Assembly (NCBI GenBank): GCA_965205655.1
Contig: CBDBIJ010000022.1
Span: 64,001-128,000, forward strand
DNA: 64,000 nt
Reading direction: 5' to 3'
DNA from: Candidatus Latescibacterota bacterium
GTDB taxonomy: Bacteria; Latescibacterota; UBA2968; UBA8231
Shown here: piece by piece, positions 50,919-61,005 of the stretch
Layout of the letters: each line of letters starts with the position of its first letter
How positions within the stretch are numbered: position 1 is the stretch's first letter
Notes under the pieces: generated by a model
Seen by the model: only the letters and a program-made list of their open reading frames with translations
Told to the model about the DNA's origin: nothing
Database searches by the model: none
Made by a program: the position numbers and the translations under genes

Positions 50919-51976
50919 ATCGGCACGTCTCGTCGGATTTTCAGATGATCTGTGCTGTGACGAAGAGATCCGCGTTGATTTGTACCGGCATCGCGCTTCT
51001 CGTTTTGCCGGCGAATTCGGAGACGACGTCCGGCCTCGAGGAGCTGCTGCGCTTCGAAGGTAGGGTAATCGCCGAGGTCCGGCTGGACGGCAACCGCGTC
51101 ACTCGAGAGTATGTCATACGGCGGGAGCTGGCGTCGACGGTCGGCGCGCCGCTGCGGCTGTCCACGATCGAAGCGGACCTGCAGCGCTTGCACAACCTCG
51201 ACATCTTCAGCTCGATCCACGTCGAGGCCGCGCAGAGCGACGATGGTGTGTCGCTGACGATTCGCGTCCGCGAAATCCCCTACGCCGTTCCCTACATCAG
51301 CTACGATGTGACGGACGAGGACGGCTGGTCTTTCGGTCCCGCGGTGAAGTCGGTCAATATGATGGGGCACGATGTTTTCGTTGCCGGCTATGCCTTGTTT
51401 GGTGCGACCACCACCTACCTGCTCGATCTCACGGCCCCCTGGATCATCGGCAATCACATCTCTTTCGAGCTCGACCTGAGTCTCATCGAGCGCGACAATG
51501 TGCTCGACGGCTTCGGCGAGGCGGCTTTCGAATTCTCACCGCGTATTGGCACCTACATCGGCCAGGCGGCCAGAGCCTCCGTCGTCGTTTCGAATCTGCA
51601 CATCAAGAGCGACAGACCGGGTCATACCCTTTCCTCCACGAATCGAGACCGGTTGGTGCAGCTTGGCGTTGCGTTGGGATATGACACCCGCGATTCGTGG
51701 GGCGACCCCCACCGAGGCTGGCTCAACGAAATCGAAGTGATAAAGACAGGGGGGGCGCTGCCGGGCGAGGCCGACTACTGGACCACCCACACCGATATAA
51801 GGCGCTTCCGTCCGATCGGCGACCGGACCCTCGTCCTCGCCGGCTTGTTGTCGCTGCAGACGGGCAACGTGGGGTCGACCTTGCCCGAATACATGGACTA
51901 CCACCTCGGGGGGGCCAACTCCATTCGCGGCTACGAGGTGGACGGGATCGGCAAGAGTCTGAAGGGCCGCAATCAG

Positions 51977-53527
51977 CCTTGATTCGGCATTAACTCGGTG
52001 AAATTTTGGCTGTTCAGTGCGCGCCATTCGGCGGTGAATTTGAGAATCTCCCATAGCAAAAAGGCCTTTCGTTCCGGTTATTCGGAAGTGGCGATACTCC
52101 CTTTTCACCAAAAACGAAAGGCCACGTACCGTGAGACGAAAGAAAGCGGATTTGAGGACGCGCGTCAACCACAATTTGGCCGTCGAATTCACCGCCGAAG
52201 GCCTCACTTCGTATGCCGGTTTGGAGCTGTTGATCCGGTATTTGCGCGGCATCGGATGGAACCGTCAATTGCGTCGGCACCTGTCTGCCGTCGTTCCGGG
52301 CAGTGATTTCGGCATGGTAGGTCTGTGTCGGGTGCTCCTCGGTCTGCTGGTGGTGGGTGGCCGTCGACTGCGACATCTGGGCTTCTTGCAAGGAGATCCT
52401 TTGCTGCAGCGGTTTTGCGGTCTGAAAGACCTGCCCACCGACGGCAGTGTCAGCCGCTGGCTCAAACGCTTCACGGTGGGCGCCGAAGAGGCGTTGAAAA
52501 CGCTCAACGCCGATGTCGTCGCCGGGGTGATCGGTCTGTTGAAGGCCCGCACACTGAGCATCGACATCGATGGCACGGTGCTGTGCACCGGCCACAAGGT
52601 CGGCGGTGCCTGCCGTGGGTACAACCCGCATCATCGCAAGGTCCCCAGTTACTATCCCATCACCGCTTACCTGGCCGACAGCGGTCATTTTCTCCGGCTC
52701 CACAACCGTCCGGGCAACGTCAACGATGGCGCTTCCTCCATCCCATTTCTACAGGCGGTGTTCGAGCAAATCGAACAGACCCTGGGGCGCTCATACCGGC
52801 TGCGATTTCGCATGGACGGCGCCTTTTTCAGAGAGGATGTGATGGCGACGCTGGATGTTCATCGCGCCCAGTATGCCATCAAGGTGCCGTTCTGGCGCTG
52901 CCTGGACCTGCAAACCCAGATCCGCCAACGTCGTCGTTGGCAGCGCGTCGAAGACGGCATCGACGGCTTCTTTTCTTCGGTCAAGGTCGGCAAGTGGAAA
53001 CGCACCCTTAACGTGGTCATCTTTCGCAAGCGGGTGATGCATCCCACGCGCAAGAATTACCAGTTGGACCTGTTCGAGCCGGATAACGGCACCTGGGAAT
53101 ACTCCGCGCTGGCCACCAACCTACCTTTCGATGCAAAATCGCTCTGGCGCTTCATGGGTGGTCGCGGCCTACACGAAAAAGCCATCGGCGAACTCAAGAC
53201 GGGGCTGGCCTTCGACGCCATTCCCACGGATGACTACCGGGCCAACAGCGTCTGGCAACAATTTGTCGTGCTGGCGCACAATCTCCTAGCCAATTTCCAG
53301 ATCGAATCCGGGCTAATAAAGCGCCACCGAACCAGGAAGAATACCGCCCGCTGGGCCCTGAAATCCGTGCGCACGCTACGTTTCGAGCTGTTCAACCGCG
53401 CCGGACACTTGATGCACCCGGAAGGACGAGCCACTTTGCGTCTGCAACGCAACAAGAAGGCCGAAAAACAGTTCCGAAAAATCAGCGCAGCTCTACGAAA
53501 AGTCGCCTGATTTTTGCCGAATCAAGG
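51977..53527 (+). mobile_element. IS1380-family insertion sequence
   Basis: Perfect 13-bp TIRs CCTTGATTCGGCA / TGCCGAATCAAGG. 4-bp target duplication TCAG (51973-51976, 53528-53531). Confidence 0.93.
52131..53510 (+). CDS. IS1380 transposase (intact frame)
   Basis: LTSYAGL, IDIDGT, RPGN, RMDGAF, RGLHEKAIGELK. Confidence 0.9.
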   Translation: MRRKKADLRTRVNHNLAVEFTAEGLTSYAGLELLIRYLRGIGWNRQLRRHLSAVVPGSDFGMVGLCRVLLGLLVVGGRRLRHLGFLQGDPLLQRFCGLKDLPTDGSVSRWLKRFTVGAEEALKTLNADVVAGVIGLLKARTLSIDIDGTVLCTGHKVGGACRGYNPHHRKVPSYYPITAYLADSGHFLRLHNRPGNVNDGASSIPFLQAVFEQIEQTLGRSYRLRFRMDGAFFREDVMATLDVHRAQYAIKVPFWRCLDLQTQIRQRRRWQRVEDGIDGFFSSVKVGKWKRTLNVVIFRKRVMHPTRKNYQLDLFEPDNGTWEYSALATNLPFDAKSLWRFMGGRGLHEKAIGELKTGLAFDAIPTDDYRANSVWQQFVVLAHNLLANFQIESGLIKRHRTRKNTARWALKSVRTLRFELFNRAGHLMHPEGRATLRLQRNKKAEKQFRKISAALRKVA

Positions 53528-53859
53528 TCAGTTGTTGCTTACAACCGAGTACCGCGGGCTGCTGCTATCACCAAAGCAGTACGTCATCTTCGGGCTCCCC
53601 GGGGATCTCGGCCTCGCCTGGGCACTCTTCGCCGACAGCGGCATTGCCTGGAATGATGCGAGCGAGTTTGGGTTCGGGAGACTTCAGACCGGTATCGGGG
53701 CGGGAATCCGCCTGCTCATGCCGGCGGTAGACATGGCCAGGTTCGATATCGCTTTCGCTGAAGACGGCAACTGGCGCTTCCACTTCGCCATGTACTCCAA
53801 GATGGAAGCGCAGAGATTCAGACGTCGCTGATGGGAGTGCTTCCGCCACTCGTCGGGAT

Positions 53860-54630
53860 TTACCACGCCGTCCATCCGCCATCCACCAGCATCGTGTGGC
53901 CGGTTATCAGATCGGCCGCCTCGCTGGCCAGAAAGACGGCGGCGCCCACGACATCCTCCGCCTTTCCGGGCCGTTGCACCGGTTGGCGGCGCCTCATCTC
54001 CTCCCGTTTCTCCGGGTCGTCGAAGTACGCCTGCGTTAGCGGCGTTACCAGAAAGGTCGGACCGATGGCGTTCACGTTGATCTTGTGCGGCGCCCACTCG
54101 ATCGCCAAGACCTTGGTGAGGTTGACGACTCCCGCCTTGCTCGAGCAGTAGGCAGCTCGCTGGTAGTAGCCCACCACACCCATGATGCTCGCCATGTTGA
54201 CGATCTTCCCCCCGCCGGCATCCCGCATCTCTCGAGCCACTCGTTGGGATAGAAAGAACAGCCCTTTCAGGTTGATGCCGAGGATGAAGTCCCAGTCCTC
54301 CTCGGTCACGTCGAAGGCGTCCTTCGCGCGATTGACTCCCGCGTTGTTCACCAGGATGTCGATCCTGCCCATCTCTTTCATGGCGGTTTCCACGAGGCTA
54401 TCGATGCTGCCCATCTCCTGCACCTGCAGCGGCAGCGGCAACGCCTTTCGTCCGCACGCCCTCGCCTCTTCGCAGATCGGCTCCAGGTCGCCGAGCTTCT
54501 CTGGCAGCTCGCAGATGACGCAGTCGGCCCCGGAGTCGGCGTATGCCCGCGCTACCGCACTGCCGATCCCTCCCGCAGCTCCCGTGATCAGGGCGACCTT
54601 GCCGTCGAGCCTCATGTTTGGAGCGGCCAT
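53860..54630 (-). CDS. Short-chain dehydrogenase/reductase (KduD/gluconate 5-dehydrogenase-like)
   Basis: TGAAGGIG, VNNAG, YCSSK, NAIGP, VDGGW. Confidence 0.9.
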   Translation of the reverse strand: MAAPNMRLDGKVALITGAAGGIGSAVARAYADSGADCVICELPEKLGDLEPICEEARACGRKALPLPLQVQEMGSIDSLVETAMKEMGRIDILVNNAGVNRAKDAFDVTEEDWDFILGINLKGLFFLSQRVAREMRDAGGGKIVNMASIMGVVGYYQRAAYCSSKAGVVNLTKVLAIEWAPHKINVNAIGPTFLVTPLTQAYFDDPEKREEMRRRQPVQRPGKAEDVVGAAVFLASEAADLITGHTMLVDGGWTAW

Positions 54631-54644
54631 CTGTCTGAACCTCT

Positions 54645-55499
54645 TCAACCACCGAAAGCGGCTTCGATCTCGTCCGCCGTCAGCGTTACATACTCGTTTT
54701 GACTCAGCTCTTCATCGAACTGTTGCGATGTCATCACATCATAACCCACCCTCTCGGGAAACATCCACGTCGTCGTCGTCGGTTTGATGATCGCCTCCGC
54801 GTCGTACCTCCAGCCGATGTCGAACACTTTTTCTGGCTCTCTGCCCATGAACACGACCTTACCGGTGTACTCACCGTGCATGAGAAAGACGTTGGGACAG
54901 AAGTAATCGATCTGCCACCCCTTTTCGTTCAGTGCCTCCATTCCGGCGCGTCCGATGTCGTCGGGATGCACGCTCGTCTCGACGTTGATGTGCAGGGGCG
55001 GCACGTCGTCCCTCTGGATGATCTCCAGGCCTTCTTGCCAGTGCTCGCCGCGGAAGTATCGACTCAGCGCATCCTCCTCGTCGGCTCCAGCCGTTCGAAA
55101 CGGGAAGCCCCGGTAGAACGCATCGATGTAGTGGCGATTCCACAGCAGAAGATTCGAATCCCGTTCCACGCCGTGGGCGGGCCCCAGCCCGGCGTCCTTC
55201 TTGTAGATCCAGTGGATGTCGAAGTGGACGAGGCCCTCAGGTTCGATGCCGTGCAGCGCCATGATTCCGGGGCACGGCCGGATCTTGTTGATCCGGCGCA
55301 ACAGTGGCCAGCCGTGCTCCGCGAAGTAGCGCCGCACGATTTCCTCCAGCGACGCCGGGTGAACGCACGTGTGCACGTAGCTGTGTACGTGCGCTGTTTT
55401 CGGATGGTCATCCTGGATGTAGGAGATCAGGCGACGCCAGTGATCGGACGTCGCCAGGTATGCGGCGATCTCCTCCGAGAGATTGAGGTTGCCAGTCAC
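54645..55499 (-). CDS. Hypothetical His-rich protein with an internal duplication
   Basis: GTG start overlaps the upstream stop (GTGA). The two halves share HW...T-x-VHP...GW...G-x-EPE...FDI-x-W-x-Y. Confidence 0.8.
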   Translation of the reverse strand: MTGNLNLSEEIAAYLATSDHWRRLISYIQDDHPKTAHVHSYVHTCVHPASLEEIVRRYFAEHGWPLLRRINKIRPCPGIMALHGIEPEGLVHFDIHWIYKKDAGLGPAHGVERDSNLLLWNRHYIDAFYRGFPFRTAGADEEDALSRYFRGEHWQEGLEIIQRDDVPPLHINVETSVHPDDIGRAGMEALNEKGWQIDYFCPNVFLMHGEYTGKVVFMGREPEKVFDIGWRYDAEAIIKPTTTTWMFPERVGYDVMTSQQFDEELSQNEYVTLTADEIEAAFGG

Positions 55500-56281
55500 T
55501 GTGTCACCCACCCGGCCGAGACATTGATCGCTTGACCGGTAATCGCCTTCGCCTTGTCAGAGCTGAGAAACAGCACGCTGTCGGCGATCTCCCGCGGATC
55601 GAGCAGCCTCTTCTGCGGAATCTCTGGAAGAAAGACGGTGTCCAGGACTTCCTCGCGAGTGATACCGTGTGATTCGGCGAGGTTGTCCAGTTGGTTTTCG
55701 ACGAGCTTCGTCTTCGTGACTCCGGGACAGATGGCGTTGACGGTGATGCCGAGTTCGGCCACATCCATGGCGCACGACCTGGTCAGGCCGATGACTCCGT
55801 GTTTCGCCGCCGTGTAGGCCGGTTTGTACTTCCCTCCGATCCGCCCGTAGACCGACGAGATATTGATGATTCGACCCTGGCGGCGGGGAATCATGGAGCG
55901 CAATGCCACCTGTGTACACAGAAACGTGCCGGTCAGAATCACATTGATGAGCTTGTTCCATTCGGACACGGGGTAGTCGACCGCGGGTGTGACGTACTGT
56001 ACCCCGGCGTTGTTCACCAGCACGTCGATCTTTCCGAAGGCCTCCAGTACCTTCCCGCCCATCGCCCCGACGCTGTCAGGATCCCCTACGTCCGTCGGGA
56101 TGCCTAAAGCAGTTTCCCCTTTGTCGGCAATCTCACCGGCCACCCGCTGCGCCGCATCGCCGTCGACCTCCGCGATCGCCACGCTCGCTCCTTCACCGGC
56201 CAGAGCGTGAGCGATTGCGCGCCCTATCCCGTCGCCGCCGCCGGTGACAATAGCTCCCTTTTTATTGTCGCTGTGTGCCAC
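55496..56281 (-). CDS. 3-hydroxybutyrate dehydrogenase-like SDR
   Basis: TGGGDGIG, NNAGVQY, KPAYTAAKHG, ICPG, LVENQL. Confidence 0.85.
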   Translation of the reverse strand: MAHSDNKKGAIVTGGGDGIGRAIAHALAGEGASVAIAEVDGDAAQRVAGEIADKGETALGIPTDVGDPDSVGAMGGKVLEAFGKIDVLVNNAGVQYVTPAVDYPVSEWNKLINVILTGTFLCTQVALRSMIPRRQGRIINISSVYGRIGGKYKPAYTAAKHGVIGLTRSCAMDVAELGITVNAICPGVTKTKLVENQLDNLAESHGITREEVLDTVFLPEIPQKRLLDPREIADSVLFLSSDKAKAITGQAINVSAGWVTQ

Positions 56282-56446
56282 GCCTCAGAAATTCGTCTCC
56301 ATGCACCTGATTTTCTCGCGTGTCCCGTATGACCCCTACATAACCGCTTATCGCCGCTCCTATCAAGAGCCGGCGGCGGCGAGCTCTCCAAGGGGCGGCA
56401 ACAATCGCTTATGTTATCCACTTCCATGAGGGAGTCTTGAAACAAT

Positions 56447-57872
56447 ATGGCCTCGAGCGATTCTTCTCAGACCGCAGCAGCAGCACTGGCATCCTTCTGC
56501 ACCACCATTCGTTGGGACGAGTTGCCGGCAGATGTGCGCGACCGCACGGTGGAATTTTTTTTTGCTCGACCACCTGGGCGTGACTCTGCGCGGCAGTGCC
56601 GAAGCTTCCAGCGGGCCGGCGTACGACTTCGTTCAGGGCATGCAGTCCGACGGTTCCGCCACGGTGATCGGTGCCGGTTTCAGCAGCGCCGCCGCCTGGG
56701 CCGCCATGGCGAACGGCATCGCCGCCCATGCTATCGAGATGGATGATGTGACGAATGAATCGTCCCTCCACCCCGCTGTCGCCGTCATGCCCGCCGCCCT
56801 CGCCGTTGCCGAGGAGCAGGGCTCGAGCGCCCCGGACTTGCTCGGCGCCATTGTCGCGGGGTACGAAGTCGTGCTACGGGTGGGAAATGCGTTGAATCCG
56901 CCCTCCACCTATCGGCGTGGCTTTCATCCAACCGGTGTGGCCGGAGCCTTTGGCGCCGCCACGGCCGCCGGCTGCCTGCTCGGTCTCTCGGCCGACACCC
57001 TCACCTATGCTCTTGGAATCACGGGCGCGATGGCGTCCGGCTCGATGGAGTACCTCACCGACGGCGCCTGGACGAAGCGGCTCAACGCCGGCTGGGCCGC
57101 CCACGCCGGTGTCGTCGCCGCCAATCTCGCCCGCGCCGGGTTCAACGGTCCGCCCACCGTCTTCGAGGGGCCCTTCGGTCTGCTTCGGGGGTATACGGAT
57201 GAGCCGCACACCCAGCGCCTGGTGGCGGATCTCGGAAAGCCCTTTCAGATCTCCACGACGTGCATAAAACCCTACGGGTGCTGCCGCTACATTCACGGCC
57301 TCATCGACTGTATGTTCGCACTCAGGAAAGAGCACGACATCACGCCCGACCAGGTCGAGAAAATCCGGTTGACCGTCCTGGAGGCGGGGCTCAGCCTCGT
57401 GGCCGAGCCGAGCGAGCAGAAGCGGGCCCCGCAGAATATCGTCGACGCCCAGTTCAGCGCGCAGTTCTCCTGTGCGCTCGCTCTTGCGCACGGCGCCGCC
57501 GGCGTCAACCAGTTCACTCAGGAGAATATCGACGACGCTGCGCTGCGCGACTTGACGTCACGGGTCGAGTGCTACGACGACCCGGCCTTCGACAGGCTCT
57601 ATCCCATGCAGTGGCCGGCGGCTGCCGAGATCGTGCTGCGTGACGGGCGCAAGATGGCGACGCAGATCGACCACCCCACCGGCGATCCGCGAAACCCGGT
57701 GCCGCGCGACGGGCTGGTTGAAAAATTCGCGATGTTGACCGATGGGCGCCTTACCTCGGATGAGGCTGATGATCTTGCCCAAAAGATTCTGAACCTCGAT
57801 AGCGAACCGGGAATCGATGGCATCATGAGCGCCATCACGGGCAGGGAGCCCGCAGCAGCTGGCGCTCTGTAG
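56447..57872 (+). CDS. MmgE/PrpD family protein (frameshift in the T9 tract at 56555-56563)
   Basis: HAIEMDD, LHP, GFHPT, TKRLNAG, KPYGCCRYIH, AQFS. N-terminus is in another frame before the T run. Confidence 0.88.
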
Positions 57873-57931
57873 CTGCGACCTGCGAAGCCGACTGGCGCGA
57901 TCGGTCGCGGACGAATCTGAACCGCACGGGT

Positions 57932-58915
57932 TCAGGACACCAACGGGAATCCCTTTGCGTATGCCGACGATTCGTCCAGCGCTCGGCGAACCGAATCTGC
58001 TAACTCAAGACCTACCGCACCGAGGGCATCGTCGAGGTGCTCGATGGTGTCGCTTCCGGAGATGGCGACGGTGATTTCCGGGTGTGACATGACCCAGGCT
58101 ATGGCCAGCTGCGCCGGCGTCCTGTCAATTTCTGCCGCCAGCCTGGTGAGCGTGGTCACGATCTGACCTGCCGGCCCTTCCATTGTCTCCTCGTATTTGC
58201 TCTTCCTTTTGGTCGCCCATAGACTGCCCGCTGGCGCCGAAGACCCCGGCGCGTACGCTCCGCTCAGCAATCCGATACCAAGGGGACCATAGGCCATCAC
58301 TCCAAGTCCCTGATCCCGCACCAGGTCGAACATCTCGTTCTCGAGCCGCCGGTTAAGAAGACTGTAGTTGCTTTGCAGACAGATGAAAGGTGACGCATTG
58401 ACGCTGCTCGCCACCCACAAGGACTTGCACACCTGCCACGCCGCGAAGTTGCAGCAGCCGACGTAGCGTACCTTGCCGCTTCGTGTCAGGTCGTCGAAGG
58501 CTCTGATGCTCTCCTCGAGTGGCGTCGACTCGTCGAAGGAGTGCGCCAGGTAGACGTCGATATAATCCGTCTGAAGGCGCTGCAGTGAACGTTCCGCTTC
58601 ACGAACGATGGCGTACCTGGACAACCCCCGGTCGTTCGGTCCTGTCCCCAGAGGGCTCGCCACTTTCGATGTTATTACAACCTGCTCCCGCCGTCCCTTC
58701 AGCACCCTGCCCAGGACTTTCTCGGACACACCCGCGTTAGCGCGATCGTCCATCGTTCCGTAGACGTTGGCGCAGTCGATCAGGTTGACGCCCTGGGAGA
58801 GGGCATGTTCGATCAGCCGTTCAGCGTCCGCTTCCCGGCTCTGCCCGCGCAAGCCGAGGCCGAGGGCCAGGGGGCTGACCTTGAGGCCGGCGGAGCCGAA
58901 GTTGACGTAGTCCAT
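57932..58915 (-). CDS. Aldo/keto reductase
   Basis: GLKVSPLALG, DCANVY, TSKV, SLQRLQTDYID, GKVRYVG, YSLL, AQLAIAW. Confidence 0.93.
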   Translation of the reverse strand: MDYVNFGSAGLKVSPLALGLGLRGQSREADAERLIEHALSQGVNLIDCANVYGTMDDRANAGVSEKVLGRVLKGRREQVVITSKVASPLGTGPNDRGLSRYAIVREAERSLQRLQTDYIDVYLAHSFDESTPLEESIRAFDDLTRSGKVRYVGCCNFAAWQVCKSLWVASSVNASPFICLQSNYSLLNRRLENEMFDLVRDQGLGVMAYGPLGIGLLSGAYAPGSSAPAGSLWATKRKSKYEETMEGPAGQIVTTLTRLAAEIDRTPAQLAIAWVMSHPEITVAISGSDTIEHLDDALGAVGLELADSVRRALDESSAYAKGFPLVS

Positions 58916-60582
58916 CAGCTGGCGCTCAGACTTAGATGGCCGCGCTCCACCTCGATTCGCAGCGGCACGCTCCCTTGCCCGAGCTTGCCCATAACCGACT
59001 GGCCGTTCTCTCGGTTTACCGTCACATCCAGGGGCAAGTCGGTTTGGGCGGAACCGCGTCTGACGTATCCCTGCACATCCAGATTCGACTCAGCAGGCAG
59101 CGACAGTTTGATGTTGCCTCGGTCGCTCGTGAGGGTGCATGGTGAGTTCAGCGGCCGGGCTGTCGTCAGCGTGATGCCGCCACGCGAACTTTGAACCAGC
59201 ACTTCGCCGCCGGGGTTGTTGATCGCCACCGGGGCCCGACTGCCGTGGACGGCGAGGCGACCGTTTACTTCGTCAACGGAAACGGGTCCCCGATCGCTGT
59301 GAACGGCGGCGCTGACACCGACGCGGCGCAGGCTGATGGGACCGTGATCACTCTTCACATTCGCCTCGCCGGTGACATCCTGGATGGCCACAGGCCCGTG
59401 ACTCGTGCTGCAGACGGCATCACCGCCAACATCTTTGAGCGACAGCGGGCCGTGATCGTTTACGGCGTTTACGCTGCCGGTCACTTTTTTTAGAGCCACC
59501 GGACCGTGACTGGACACAACGGTCAGTGATCCGCCCACGTTCGCCACTTCCAGAGGGCCGTGCTCAATTGTCACGGAGCAGTCGCCGCCCACGCCTTTGA
59601 GCGAGAGTTTGCCATGATTGGCGTCCAGTTTGGCGTCCTGGCCGATGAGTTCTATCTCGGCGGTACTGTGACTGAGCGCGACATCTGCGTTTCCGGCGAC
59701 CGCGTCGATAGCGACGCTCCCATGGCTAGACTTCAGCCTGAGATTCTTTCCCACCTTATCGATACGAGTCTTGCCGTGTGATTGGTCGAGCGCAAGGTCT
59801 CCGGAGACGAGACCAATTTTCGCTTTCCCGTGTCGACTGCCGAGGGTGGCGTTGCCATCGATTCGCGGGATCTCGAGGATTCCGTGAGCTGTGCACAGAC
59901 ACAGGTGCATTGTCTCCGGCATCGTGAGAGAGAAGTTCAGCCGGCACGGTCCCATTCCCTCGGCGTCATCATACTGAGGCAAAATCGGTTCAATGCGAGT
60001 CTCTCCGGTTGCCGTCTGGGCGATTTCCACTTTCACCGCCTCTGCAAACCTCGCAGCTACAGATGGAGATGTCGCGTGCGCGACGACATGAACTCTCGCC
60101 TTGATCTCCTCTTTGTCCCAACTCTCAGCAGAGATATCGCCGCGCGGGTTGTCGAGTATGACTGTCGTACCCGGCGCGATCGATTCCGTGACTTCGAGGT
60201 CGCGTTCGGCAACCTCGTCGAAAGGTAGGTGGAAGCTGGTAGAGGAGGATTCCGTCGCCGTCTTCCACTTGTGGAAAGCGGTGGACATGTTGCGGGTGAA
60301 GTCTTCGAACATGTCGCCCAGATCGGGAATGCTGGCGGTCGCTTCGGTGACAATTCGATCCACGTCGGGCATCGCATCCACGACCACGCGCTTGAGGTCG
60401 GGCATGGAGCTGCGGATTGTACTCCGAAAATCGTCCCAGGAACCGTGGGCTCGGCGCTCTTCAACGCGCTTCGTGTCAGAGGCGTGTGGCGAGTCGATCA
60501 CTTTTAGCAGTCGCTCGGCGTCTTCGACGCTGATTTTCCCCTCCGACAGCATCTGCAGAACTTTCAGCCGCTCTTCAGACAT
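58915..60582 (-). CDS. SHOCT-like + DUF4097 beta-solenoid protein (YvlB/LiaX-like architecture)
   Basis: EERLKVLQMLSEGKISVEDAERLL N-terminus. 18-aa beta repeats with an xxHG turn. Confidence 0.85.
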   Translation of the reverse strand: MSEERLKVLQMLSEGKISVEDAERLLKVIDSPHASDTKRVEERRAHGSWDDFRSTIRSSMPDLKRVVVDAMPDVDRIVTEATASIPDLGDMFEDFTRNMSTAFHKWKTATESSSTSFHLPFDEVAERDLEVTESIAPGTTVILDNPRGDISAESWDKEEIKARVHVVAHATSPSVAARFAEAVKVEIAQTATGETRIEPILPQYDDAEGMGPCRLNFSLTMPETMHLCLCTAHGILEIPRIDGNATLGSRHGKAKIGLVSGDLALDQSHGKTRIDKVGKNLRLKSSHGSVAIDAVAGNADVALSHSTAEIELIGQDAKLDANHGKLSLKGVGGDCSVTIEHGPLEVANVGGSLTVVSSHGPVALKKVTGSVNAVNDHGPLSLKDVGGDAVCSTSHGPVAIQDVTGEANVKSDHGPISLRRVGVSAAVHSDRGPVSVDEVNGRLAVHGSRAPVAINNPGGEVLVQSSRGGITLTTARPLNSPCTLTSDRGNIKLSLPAESNLDVQGYVRRGSAQTDLPLDVTVNRENGQSVMGKLGQGSVPLRIEVERGHLSLSAS

Positions 60583-60979
60583 TCCCTGTTTCTCCTCTTA
60601 GCTTTTCCAGCTTCCGGATCGCGGTTTCCGCATCCACTTCGCCTCGATAAAGGCTGTCCAGAACGTGACGCCGGCTTGAGACAGACTGCTCGACAGTGGC
60701 CGCGCCCCGGCTCTCACCGTCGAACCCAAGCTCGCGGATCACCTCATCGAGGCGAGTGCGAACGGTGCTGTAGGGCAGATCGAGCTCTCGCTCCATCTCT
60801 TTGATGTTGCCTCTCAGACGAACGAACAGCTCGACGAAGGCGAGACTCTCGGATGAAAGCCTGTCGAAGGCCGACGTCGAAAAGCGTCCCGATATCTCCG
60901 TATCGCAACGACAGCAGGAGAGCCTCGATATGGCCAGATCTCCGCCGCAGGATGGGCAGTGTTCGATAACTTTGCGCAT
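60575..60979 (-). CDS. DUF2089 family zinc-ribbon/HTH putative regulator
   Basis: CPSCGG...C-x-x-CDTEISGRF, RGNIKEMERELDLPYSTVRTRLD. Confidence 0.9.
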   Translation of the reverse strand: MRKVIEHCPSCGGDLAISRLSCCRCDTEISGRFSTSAFDRLSSESLAFVELFVRLRGNIKEMERELDLPYSTVRTRLDEVIRELGFDGESRGAATVEQSVSSRRHVLDSLYRGEVDAETAIRKLEKLRGETGNV

Positions 60980-61005
60980 ATTGACTAAAAAATTAAGGAA
61001 GAGGG

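Larger units (their letters stand above)
50945..53831 (+). pseudogene. Omp85 (BamA/TamA-like) protein with a single POTRA domain, split by IS1380
   Basis: GNRVTREYVIRREL, DLQRLHNLDIF, YDTRD, LGGANSIRGY. Excision restores GRNQLLLTTEYR...FADSG...GAGIR. Confidence 0.88.

Noticed and set aside
56359..56440. SAM-I riboswitch-like words (TATCAAGAG...CGGCAAC) upstream of MmgE/PrpD
   Set aside because: The GAGGGA/GGCCC pairing and the downstream GGTGC..TCC..GAT elements are missing. An Infernal/Rfam scan would settle it.
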